From Haliotis rufescens (lineage: Eukaryota), in the NCBI RefSeq assembly GCF_023055435.1, contig NW_025963802.1:41292001-41356000 (forward strand): DNA of 64,000 nucleotides, given 5' to 3'. Below the pieces are notes generated by a model. That model saw only the letters and a program-made list of their open reading frames with translations, ran no database searches and was not told where the DNA came from. Below are positions 39,343 through 51,079 of the stretch, in pieces (position 1 is the stretch's first letter; each line of letters starts with the position of its first letter). Made by a program: the position numbers and the translations under genes.

Positions 39343-42300
39343 CCATTTGGCGTAAAGGGCAAAACAGCTGTGTAAACTATACGAAAATAGACCACTGAAA
39401 ATCAGTGATGACACCAGGTGTTCACGAAAAGGGTAAGCATATCCTGCTCTACCGGTAGCACTCGCCACTCGCGAAAACTAACCTGGGATCCTTCAGTTTC
39501 ATCATATGCATTTGACCAGGACACAAGTCATTCAATGAGAATTGATGTAAAATTTACGAAGCACACTTCACAGTGTCATGCTACTATAATTATTTGCGTC
39601 CTAGGGGGCACGGATGGCCCAGTCGTCTGAGGCGCCGCGATTCGCTATGCAGGGTTGCGTCCCTTGGGCACGCCAGAAACCTATGATTGTGGGTTCGAAT
39701 CCCGGTTCGCCCCGATTATGTTTCTAGGTTTGTCAGCACCATACCCGTGCTCGTGGGTTTCACCGAAGTGGTAAACGTCTGAGACCTGCATCACTTCGGG
39801 CTTTCCTCCCACATTAAGCTGACACGCCGTGATATAACTGGAATACTGTTAAAAGCGGCGTAAAACCCAACTCACTCACTCACTCACTATTTGCGTCCTC
39901 TCTGTTCCCATTCTTATGAAGAGGCAAGATAACTGTTCTGTTCCATGAGGTTTAAAATGTGCTTCCTCGAACTATTTCAGTATCAGGACAGATAGCACTG
40001 AAAAGAGATTATACCCATTGTTAAAAGAAATGGGTGAGGTTACACTGAACTGGACTGAAAAGTTAAAGTGATCACCATGTACATGTATGTAGCTCAATCT
40101 TGTCTGCTTCACGTAATTCACCACGTGTATCATATACAGTCAAGTCCCGTTTAATCCGACATCGATGGTTGCATATGATTATGTCGGATTAACGAGTATG
40201 TCGGATAAACGAAATTAAGTAGTATCAACGTTTGTGATCGAAAATCGGACAGCTTCACGATAGATAACGATTCAAACACGTAATAAAAAAATAAATAAAA
40301 AAATATTCATATTGTTATGTTACATTTTGGGCGGAATATGTTTTCTAATCATGCAACCTCTAAAATTTAACACAAAACAACTCTTACGGACTGTATGACT
40401 TATTCAAAATACTTTAAAAAGCATAGTCAGAGGGCTTGCATCACCAAGTAGCGCCGACTCCCCATTGTTCTCGGTGACTTAGGTTTGGTACCTCCCAATC
40501 TATTGACTGACATTGGGAGTGTACCCGCGGCCTTCTGACAATCTGAGTAATGCAGAAAGCTGCAGTTTTGGGACTCACCATGATCACACGCTCCGAACAG
40601 TTTTTAATGAGTTCGCTCCCTGAGCTTCGTGCACAATATGCTGACCGATGTGAATTCTCAAAATTGCAAACTTGGTTATGATTGATGCAAGAACATTTAG
40701 TCTACACACAGAGAATCTCACCCGAGTTTGATATAAAACATATCGACATACATCGACTATAGTACCAAAACTCTGCGTCTTGCCAGGAGGTTTTCTACTT
40801 TGATCGACGAGTGTTTATATAATTGGTATCAAAATCCATGAGGTCGAATCTATTATGGTCCAATATCTCAGTAAGTACAAGACAAATATGGCAATGCATT
40901 ACGTTTCTTCGACGAACACATGTGCAGCATAGCTATTGTTTGTAACTGTGACATATCTAATATATTTCTTGTTCATATATTTAAACCGCAAAGTTGAACG
41001 AAATACTTTATTTTGCTTAACTGGTCAATTGGTTAAGAGTTTCGTGTTGAGTATACCGATAGTCTGAACATGTGGCGCGTTCCCTTATGACGTCAATGTC
41101 GAAAAGTGAAGTGATTACGTTATGACGTTACTTCGACGTTACAGCCACAGGGCGTCTCGGCCCTGGACTCAGTCACCTACAAATTATATTTATTTATTGC
41201 TAAGGGTAAATGAGATTTTATGTTGCATCATAACCTTCTTAATGCTAGTATATATGTTGATTACTTGTAACCTCGTTGATCCATAGCGCAAGCATAGCAT
41301 CATCAATTGACCATTGAGATACTGTACTCACATGCACATATGTACATGGAAAATATTATGTTAACGTAAAGTGAAGTACAAGTATACTCGACCCGTGAAC
41401 ATCCGTGTTAGAATAGGTCTTCAGCAAGCCATGCTTGCCATAAATCGGATAGTCAGGCTGGCTGACTTGGTTGATGCATTTCATCGAATCCAAATTGCGT
41501 GGTTCGATGCTCTGATCCAGACTCAATTATTTACAGACCGCCGTCATTTAGCTGGAATTTTGCTGAGTGCAGCGTTAAACAACAAACAAACATTCAAACA
41601 AACATCACCTCTGAAAGTATGCCTTTCCAACGGAATGCATGAATTGTTTTAGCAGCTTTGCAATGCGATTTGTGCCCTGGACTCAGTCACCTACAAACTA
41701 ACCAAAGTGTTCGGTATGCTGACTGTCATGTCGTTGTACTGTTTGAAAACGTCAAGAATGAACCCTCATACTAACGCTTATGTCAGTCTCCTAGCAGATA
41801 TTGTCTGCCTTCACACAAGCAATATCTCCTGCGGGAGTCAGATTAGGATAATAAATATAAGTAGCTCTGTGACATATACTTAACGTATCAAAACTTACTG
41901 GAGCGAGTACGTCGTATGTGGATATCATGCGGACAAATCAATTTTTTTATGTCAAATATATTACATCAAATTCTGCAGTTCTCAATTTTGCTCAGCGCCG
42001 AGTCCGATGGAGAGTTAATACTGATTTGAGCTTTCTTCAATACATTCGACGTGATAGTATTGACACTCTGCAGTTGTTCTTATCACCATGCTATGACAAG
42101 TGATTTTGTGCTGTGACTACAATCACCACAAGATCTAGAGAAACACTTATACGTAGAGGGCCAAATAGCGGTTACAAAAAAATGACGTGTGTTTGCCTGT
42201 TCCAGATTCGAATTTTTACGGAAATCTGGAATATTGCATCTGCATCGGTAAACAACGTTCACTCACTCACCGATCATCTTTGGAGCACATACACTGTACA

Positions 42301-45300
42301 AATGGATCCCATTATGTTACATGACCTCCGGGGTAGAACAGGTCTTCAGCAACCCATGCTTGCCGTAAAGGGCGACTAACAGGATCGGGTGGTCAGGCTG
42401 GCTGACTTGGTTGATATCATCGAATCCCAAATGCGTGGATCGATGCTCATGATTTCAATCACTGGATTGTCTGGCTTAATTCGATGCTAACTATATTCGC
42501 TTATAATTATTGCTAAAGGTAAATGTGATTCTATATTGCATCATAACCTTCTAAATGCTAGTATATATGTTGATAACTTGTAACCTCGTTGATCCATAGC
42601 GCAAGCATAGCATTGACCATTGAGATACTGTACTCACATGCACATATGTACATGGAAAATATCATGTTAACGTAAAGTGAAGTACAAGTATACTCGACCC
42701 GTGAACATCCGTGTTAGAATAGGTCTTCAGCAAGCCATGCTTGCCGTAAAAAGCGACTATACTTGTCGTAATAGGTGACTTACGGGAACGGATAGTCAGG
42801 CTGGCTTACTTGGTTGATGCATTTCATCGAATCCAAATTGCGTGGATCGATGCTCATGATGTCAATCTCTGGATTGTCTGATCCAGACTCAATTATTTAC
42901 AGACCGCCGTCATTTAGCTGGAATTTTGCTGAGTGCAGCGTTAAACAACAAACAAACATTCAAACAAACATCACCTCTGAAAGTATGCCTTTCCAACGGA
43001 ATGCATGAATTGTTTTAGCAGCTTTGCAATGCGATTTGTGAAGTGCGATGTTGATATACTCGGGTATGCACCGTGTGGGTTCCAGGGGTTTTTAACACGT
43101 CCGCCTCGCTCTTTGGCGACTCTGTCCCGAGATAAGTATTTCATTCGTTTATTATTCAATCACCTAAATATTACCTTCCCATGTCGATGGGCATTTTATG
43201 ATTAAAAATAACCATGACTCATTCATTCCCCTGATGAAGTAGTACTTAAACATATACTCCGAAACGTTGTGTTCCTCGTATTAAAGTTGACATCCATGAA
43301 TTCCCTTCCTTAAAGTTTTGTGTTAATTTATATCTTTCTTTACTAACGAAAATGTATTAAATCTTGAATGTATAGAGTAAATAACAGATTACAACACAAG
43401 AAGCTACTGTTAATGACGGATCAGCTATTAGGTGAGGAGAGGTGAAAAGGGGTTTAACGTCTCTTTCCAGATTATTGCACTTATATAGCGACGTGCATGC
43501 ACGTGCGAGAGTGTGTGACCCGGACCAGACCGGACTAGTGCCGATTTTAAAGTGCCTATAGTGCATATTTAGCAATATTCCAGCAATATCACGGTTGGGA
43601 ATACAAGAAATGGGCTTCACTCAATGTACCCATGTGGGACATAGAACTCTGGTTTTGTTCGTGACGTGCGAACGCTAAACCAATGGCTACCCGCACGCCC
43701 CCTTTAGTTAGTGGATCTACTCAGCATCTTGATAACCACATTTAACATACACGCATGTTCTACTGACAGTTTGGATATAGAAGGAACACATGACTATAGA
43801 TCATAATAAATATATGTTTATTTTCAATATAGAACAACAGCCATCAAAACATCACTCACGCTGTTGCATCGTGTAGCATGACAACCCCAACTACGAGACG
43901 ACTAACTGCAGTAGCATATATATTACATTTGCCAAGCGGATAGACCTCAGTGGACTTTAGGCATGTCACTTAGATTCCCATGAAAGCGGGCTCATAGGCA
44001 GCAGGTCCTGCCGGGGCAACTGCTGTGGCGGCAATAGTTGTGGGGGCAGCAGCAGAGGAGGCAGCATACGCATCGAGTTCACCAATATAACCAGGACCTG
44101 GAATGAATGAAATGGACAGATATGACAATTGACGAATTGCTTGATTTGTTCACATGCTTTTGTTCATGTGTCTAAGTTACTGCCTGTTTTCCTGTCACAT
44201 TGCACTATTATACTTACCGTAACCCTGTGAAAGAATGGCACCGGCGCCCTGTGATCCTGGATGGACTAATCCCTGGTTGAGCCCTGAGCCGAGAGGGGAA
44301 ACACCCAGGCCGAGAGAGGGGATTCCAAGTCCGAGATGTGGATTTCCAAGTCCGAGATGTGGCATTCCAAGTCCGAGATGTGGCATTCCAAGTCCGAGAT
44401 GTTGAAATCCAAGGCCGATACGGGGGAATCCAGGACCAAATGCACCGAACGGGGGAAAACCGATCCCTCCGAAAGGAGGGATACCAATTCCAAAACCATG
44501 TGTTGTTGTCATGGCAACAAAGCAGACAGCGGCAACAGCAAGAAGCTTCATTTTGTTAATCTGTGAAAATAGAGAAACGAACTTATTCCATGTATTTGAC
44601 TACTGTACATGGAAATATGAGGGTCAAACACATTCAGTATGTTACCTTCGTTTCGTTCCGTGTACATGGCCATGCATATCTATGATACCAGAAAGAATGT
44701 AAAGGTAAACACACTATTGGTACTTGTATTATTTTATATGCTAGTTGGGTCTAGGACTTTTGTCAGAGACAAAGTATTTATTCGGTTCCTGCTTGAAAAC
44801 ATCTATAAAGGGAGCAGAACAGCCGACCATTTGTTTTTGTCACAGCACATTTTATTCAGGACATCCGGCGTATTCAGCTGACAATTATTTCATTTTTTTT
44901 ATTTGTTGTTAAACCTGAGTCGAGATTATTTTGTTTCCAACCATTCCTGGAACAATTTTTTTCTGTCGCCCAAACTCCCAGGTCCTTCAGTATAGATTGT
45001 TCTTCAGAGATTGGGGAATGTGGTGCTCTATATAAATACATATCAATTAAATAATTATAGTTGAAAAAAGCCGTGTGATGCCCAAGATACGTAAGTTATA
45101 GTATATCATACATAGAGCTTTGCGAAAAAGATTTCACATACATAAAACGAAACTGAGATACAAACACTTACGTTTTGGTTGAGGTCTACCGGGACTGACT
45201 GATTCAGAAAGTGAAGTGTCCACTGCACAGTCCTTCCTTTATATTAACATGAATGCAGGGGTACAAAGCAGGTCATAAATTGTGCATGTCTACAAAATGA

Positions 45301-48300
45301 CCAGTTGACAACTCGTTATACAACGATGACTGTGTCTACCCGACAGGTGATTAATGTATGATGTATTAGCGTGATACAGTGATGCCATTTGACGGTAACG
45401 ACGAACAGTGAATTAGATCACCCACTCGATGTTTCTGACGTTCAGTTGCAGTATGGAATCTCAGTTTATAGATTTCATATCTTTTCATATCCTAACTTGA
45501 AGAGATGAAAAGAGTGTAACATTACGTCACTTAAAGTATAGTTTATCTATGAATAATAGTTATAAGTTAAATGAAAACAATGTGGCCAATTTTACATTTT
45601 ACATTTGATCACGACATATTTACTGTAGCAATATATTACTCTATAAGAGTATAGTGTTTGTATTTTCCTCCACAAGACACATTAGTTGTGTTACAAGTCT
45701 GAATACAAATGTGGTGAATGTCACATGTTCAGCTGCACAGGCCACACAGGCTGTGTCGTCGCACTGTACACTATTTTGCTTCCAACCCTTTGACTTCGCA
45801 GAGAAGTCGATACTAGTATAACAAGTCTTAATGTCTTAATATGTGTATTTTTATCTACCTTGTAACATCAGGATGGCGGTTTAGTGATGAGGTTCAAGCG
45901 GTTTCCTTATGGGGTACAATGTTTGACGCATTCGTAAAATCCAGAGCATCTTGCGGTTGACACGTGTGACTCGTTGTGTTCTCACGCCGAAATTGTGGAT
46001 CCGTCACGCGATTGTCTGGTCAAAACTTGATTAGTTACATGTTATCGCCATATATATGTACTATTGCTGGGAGTGAAGTTAAACAACAAACAAATAACGC
46101 TCACAATAACTACATCCCCGTGCAGACCTTGATATCGTGTCATCGTGGAATCATGATAATTATTAAACATACTTGTGAATATACATTTTGTTTGTTTGAT
46201 GTTTGACGCTGACCAAACAATATTACAGCTATATGACGTCGGTCTGTAAATAATCGAGTCTGGATCAGACAATCCAGTGATTGACATCAGGAGCATCGAT
46301 CCACGCAATTGGGATACGAGGACATGCATCAACCAAGTCAGCCAGCCTAACCACCCGATCCCGTAAGTCGCCCCTTACGACATGCATAGTCGCCTTTTAC
46401 GGCAAGCATGGCTTGCTGAAGACCTGTTCTAACACGGATCTTCACGGATCGAATATACATATACTTCACTTTACGTTAACATAATATTTTCCATGTATAT
46501 ATGTGCATGTGAGTACAGTATCTCGATGGTCAATTGATGATGTTATGCAAGCGCTATGGAACAACGAGGTTACAATTAATCAACGTTTATACCAGCATTA
46601 AGGAGGTTATGATGCAACATAGAATCACACTTACCTTCAGCAATAAATATAAGCAATTGGAGTTAGCATCGAATTAAGTCACTATCAGCGTTTGAAAAAA
46701 GAAAGAGATAAACCACAGACACAAACAATATCAACAGACACCATTAAGCTATCTTTCTACTAATTCAGATCTGTGCATCGAAAACAGCATTTTGCATGCA
46801 TTATTACAAATCAAATTACTCCAGTATTGTCTTTATTCTATGGAATGCCTTCCAATACTAAATATGCATGCAAACTGATAACAAAAGCTCTTTCTTTTTG
46901 TTTACATAGTCCAAAGAACAGCTATATAATGTACTCAACAGGTTTCACGAAAGTGATTTTCAAGGGTTCATTTATACTGTTAGTATGACGTCACAGTGCA
47001 ATCTAACATATTGTTACGTCACAGAAAGACGCATAACATTGTGTGGGGCATACGTACCACACATACAGAAATACAGCAATTAGTATTGTAGTGGCAGGAA
47101 AATGTACAATAATTGTATAAATAATTTGTACAACCAAGGACGTTTAAATTGCGCAGGTACAGTACACATACAGTCATAAATTGTAAATGTGTCTGCAACA
47201 TGAGAGTTGTCAACGTATTATACGACGATGACTGGTATATATTCAGTTTGTGGTGGTGGTGTTATTTAGTGGTCAGGGCTAATTGATCGACAATGGACAA
47301 TGGAAATGGCCACTCATATGTGACGGTTTGGTGATGGTAATTTCACATAATGTAACTCATCATACGTTGGTATTGTACCGAGATTGTACCGAGATTGTAC
47401 CGAGAAGACTAACAAGAGTACACCATATGCCGAAGAATTTGAACCACTATGGATAGGGATTGAGACCAAACCTTTGGAATTGATGACTCGTCTATAACGA
47501 AAATCCCTTATGTAGCAATATGTATATAGAGTGAGAGAGTGAGAGTCAACCGACAACACATATGGGACACCTCTTGCCGGTGTATCCAATTCAGTCAACA
47601 CATTGATCAATATGCCGGGAATAAAGCACCAAATGTTATGATGTTCCCGTTTTACAAATGTGAAAATGATGCACTGAGAAAAGGAAAGAAAGTTATCTTA
47701 TTAATACTTTCAAACCAAAATTAAATGGGTTCAAATACTAGTATTTTTTAAACAAGTATTGTACATTTTCCTGCCACTTCAATACTTATTGGTGAATTTC
47801 TGTACGCATGCCCCACACAATGCCTTTCTGTGACGTCACAATATGTTAGATTGCAGAATGACCCCATACTATGTTTGAGTGCACTGTGACGTCAAAATAG
47901 GGTAGCAGTATGAATGAACCCTTGAAAATCACTTTTGTGAAATCGATTGAGTAAATAGAGAATATTTCATGTGTCGAATGAAATATCATGTTTCTCTCAT
48001 CGAGTGACGGGAGAGAAGGAGATATTTTAACGAGCTGCGCAGCCACGAGGGAAACTATCTCCTTTTCCCCGCCATGAGAGGAATATATATGCTCTCTGCC
48101 TCATGGCATTCATTCACCTGATGAAGGAGTAAGCATATACTCCGAAACGTCGTGTTCCTCATAATAAAGAAGTTGACATCTATATATTCTCTTGCCTTTC
48201 AAATCTATATTCACAAGTATGGTTAACATGTTTAAAATAATAATATTATGAATGACAATTATCATGATTACACGAAATGCTAAATCAAGGTCTGCAAGGG

Positions 48301-48527
48301 GATTGGATGTATTTTTTGTGAGCGTTATTTGTTTGTCGTTTAACGTCACTCCCAGCAATAGTCCAGGTATAGGAGATAGCATGTGAATAATGAAGTCTGG
48401 ACCAAACAATCTAGTGACTAATATCATGAGCAACGATCCACACCTTCAGGGTGAGATGACACCATGGGTAAAACGTGTCAACCGCAAGATGTTCTGGATT
48501 CTATGAATGCTTCAAACATTGCACCCA
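39343..48527 (+). repeat. Tandem unit U4 (contains gene B4)
   Basis: Same junction at 39338-39352; ends at TGCACCCA (48520-48527) and continues into the B5 upstream region. Confidence 0.95.
43970..44551 (-). CDS. Gene B4, 153 aa; CDS join(44551..44218,44097..43970)
   Basis: Intact; M24I, V>A and D>E relative to B1. Confidence 0.92.
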
Positions 48528-48896
48528 CAAGAGAACCGCTTGAACCTCTTCACCAAACCACCGTCCTGATGTTACAAGGTTGATCAAAATACACATGAAA
48601 AAATTAAGACTCGTCATACTGGTATCGATGTTTTATTATCGAAGTCAAAGGGCTTGAAGCACAATAGTGTACAGTGCGACGACACAGCCTGTATGATCTG
48701 TGCAGCTGAACATGTGACATTTAACACATTTGTATTCAGACCAGTAACACAACTAATGTGTCTTGTGGAGAAAAATACAAACAATATACTCTTATCGAGT
48801 AACATTTAAACATTTACAACTCACACACATAATAATCTGCTTTCCACTCAAAATGTATATGTGTATATTTGAAACATATATATGTAAACATATATA

Positions 48897-49070
48897 AAGT
48901 AAACTCTGGTTATAACGAACTCAAAGGGATCACTAATTTTAGTTCGTAATAACCGTAGTTCGTTATAAGCATATATACAGCATAGGTACAACAAATGGAA
49001 GTACTAAAAAATGTTCGTTAAATCCGTCAGTTCCTTTTAAGCGTGTTCGTTATAAACATAGTTTACTGTA
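48897..49070. mobile_element. Tigger/pogo-like MITE (same family as 56901-57076)
   Basis: AGTAAACTCTGGTTATAACGAAC ... GTTCGTTATAAACATAGTTTACTG-TA; absent from the B1-B4 upstream regions. Confidence 0.7.
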
Positions 49071-49599
49071 TATGTCTCTTTTAAAGCCAGTTCATTTAGC
49101 ATAAAAACTATGATCAATAGAATCGATTGGACTAACATGTAAATGCTTCTTAGAGTGAGTGAGGTTTGTTTGAGTGAGTTTGGCTAAAAAAAAAGTCAAA
49201 TAAGACCCGGAATGGACTTCACACCTTATACCCATACGGAAAATCGAAAGCTTGAATCACATGGCTAAAACACCAACCTTGCCATTGCATCGTTAATGCC
49301 ATCTTCGGACCATCGGATATAAATCAAGTCATATTCGTAATACATGTTGGATTTTGTCACTTTGACATCAGGTAAAATGTGTGGCATTAGAGTTAATATG
49401 TCATGATAAAATGTAACATAAATACATTGGTCAAATGGTTTTCATTTAACTTATAACTATTATTCATAGATAAACTATACTTCAGTTGACGTAATGTTAC
49501 GCTCTTTTCATCTCTTCAAGTTAAATCTATTAAATGAGATTTCATACTGCAACTGAAATGACAAGTGCAAGAACGTCAGAAACATCGAGTGGGTGATTT

Positions 49600-49842
49600 A
49601 ATTCACTGTTCGTTGTTACCGTCAAATTGCATCACCGTATCGCGCTTATACAGCATACATTAATCACCTGTCGGGTAGACACAGTCATCGTTGTATAACG
49701 AGTTGTCAACTGGTCATTTTGTAGACATGCACAATTTATGACCCGCTTTGTACACCTGCATTCATGTTAATATAAAGGAAGGACTGTGCAGTGGACACTT
49801 CACTTTCTGAATCAGTCAGTCCCGGTAGACCTCAACCAAAAC
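49600..49842 (+). promoter_or_regulatory. B5 promoter module and non-coding exon 1 (~49802-49842)
   Basis: TTTATGAC 49735-49742, TATAAA 49771-49776, TCACTT 49800-49805, donor GTAAGT at 49843. Confidence 0.78.
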
Positions 49843-50497
49843 GTAAGTGTTTCTATCTCAGTTTTTTTATGTGTATGTGAATTCTTTTTCGCAAAGTTCT
49901 ATGTATGATATACTATAACTTACCTATCTTAGGCATCAATTAGCCTACATTTTAGCTCTCAAATCATTTGACAACAGAGACTTTTTTCAATTATAATTAT
50001 TTAATTAATATGTATTTATATATAGCACCACATTGTCCAATCTCTAAAGAACAATCTATACTGAAGGACCTGGGAGTTTGGGCAGCAGAAATTATTTGTT
50101 CCAGGAAAGATTGGAAACAAAATAATCTTGACTCGGGTTTTACAACAAATAAAAAATAAAATAAATATCAGCTGAATATGCAGGATGTCCTGAATAAAAT
50201 GTGCTGTGACAAAAACAAATGGTCGGCTGTTATGCTCCCTTTATAGATTTTTTTAAGCAGGAACCGAATAAATACTTTGTCTCTGACAAAAGTCTTACAC
50301 CCACCGAAAATATTAAATAATACTTGTATCAATAGTGTAGTTACATTTACATTCTTTCTGGTATCATAGATATGCATGGCCATGTACACGGAACGAAACG
50401 AAGGTAAAATACTGAATGTGTTTGACCCTCATATTTCCATGTACAGTAGTCAAATACATGGAATAAGTTCGATTCTCTATTTTCACAGATTAACAAA

Positions 50498-51079
50498 ATG
50501 AAGCTTCTTGCTGTTGCCGCTGTCTGCTTTGTTGCCATGACAACAACACATGGTTTTGGAATTGGTATCCATCCTTTCGGAGGGATCGGTTTTCCCCCGT
50601 TCGGTGCATTTGGTCCTGGATTCCCCCGTATCGGCCTTGGATTCCCCCATGTCGGCCTTGGATTCCCCCATAGCGGCCTTGGAATTCCACATCTCGGACT
50701 TGGAAATCCACATCTCGGACTTGGAATCCCCTCTCTCGGCCTGGGTGTTTCCCCTCTCGGCTCAGGGCTCAACCAGGGACTAGTCCATCCAGGATCACAG
50801 GGCGCCGGTGCAATTCATTCACAGGGTTACGGTAAGTATAATAGTGCAATGTGACAGGAAAACAGGCAGTAACTTAGACACATGTACAGAAGCATGTGAA
50901 CAAATCAAGCAATTCGTCAATTGTCATATCTGTCCATTTCATTCATTCCAGGTCCTGGTTATATTGGTGAACTCGATGCGTATGCTGCCTCCTCTGCTGC
51001 TGTCCCCATAACTATTGCCGCCACTGCGGTTGCCCCGGCAGGACCTGCTACCTATGACCCCGCTTTCATGGGAATCTAA
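50498..51079 (+). CDS. Gene B5, 153 aa; CDS join(50498..50831,50952..51079)
   Basis: TTTTCACAG acceptor before the ATG; donor GTAAGT 50832; acceptor AG 50950-50951; tail GPGYIGELDAYAASSAAVPITIAATAVAPAGPATYDPAFMGI*; AATAAA 51227-51232. Confidence 0.92.

Noticed and set aside
15773-44551. All five variable CDS sites among B1-B4 are non-synonymous, suggesting positive selection
   Set aside because: Too few sites; compatible with chance because most sites are non-synonymous
878-51079. Naming A/B proteins as shematrin, lustrin, abductin or elastin
   Set aside because: Only compositional resemblance; I see no diagnostic motif such as the shematrin C-terminal RKKKY or lustrin Cys-rich modules
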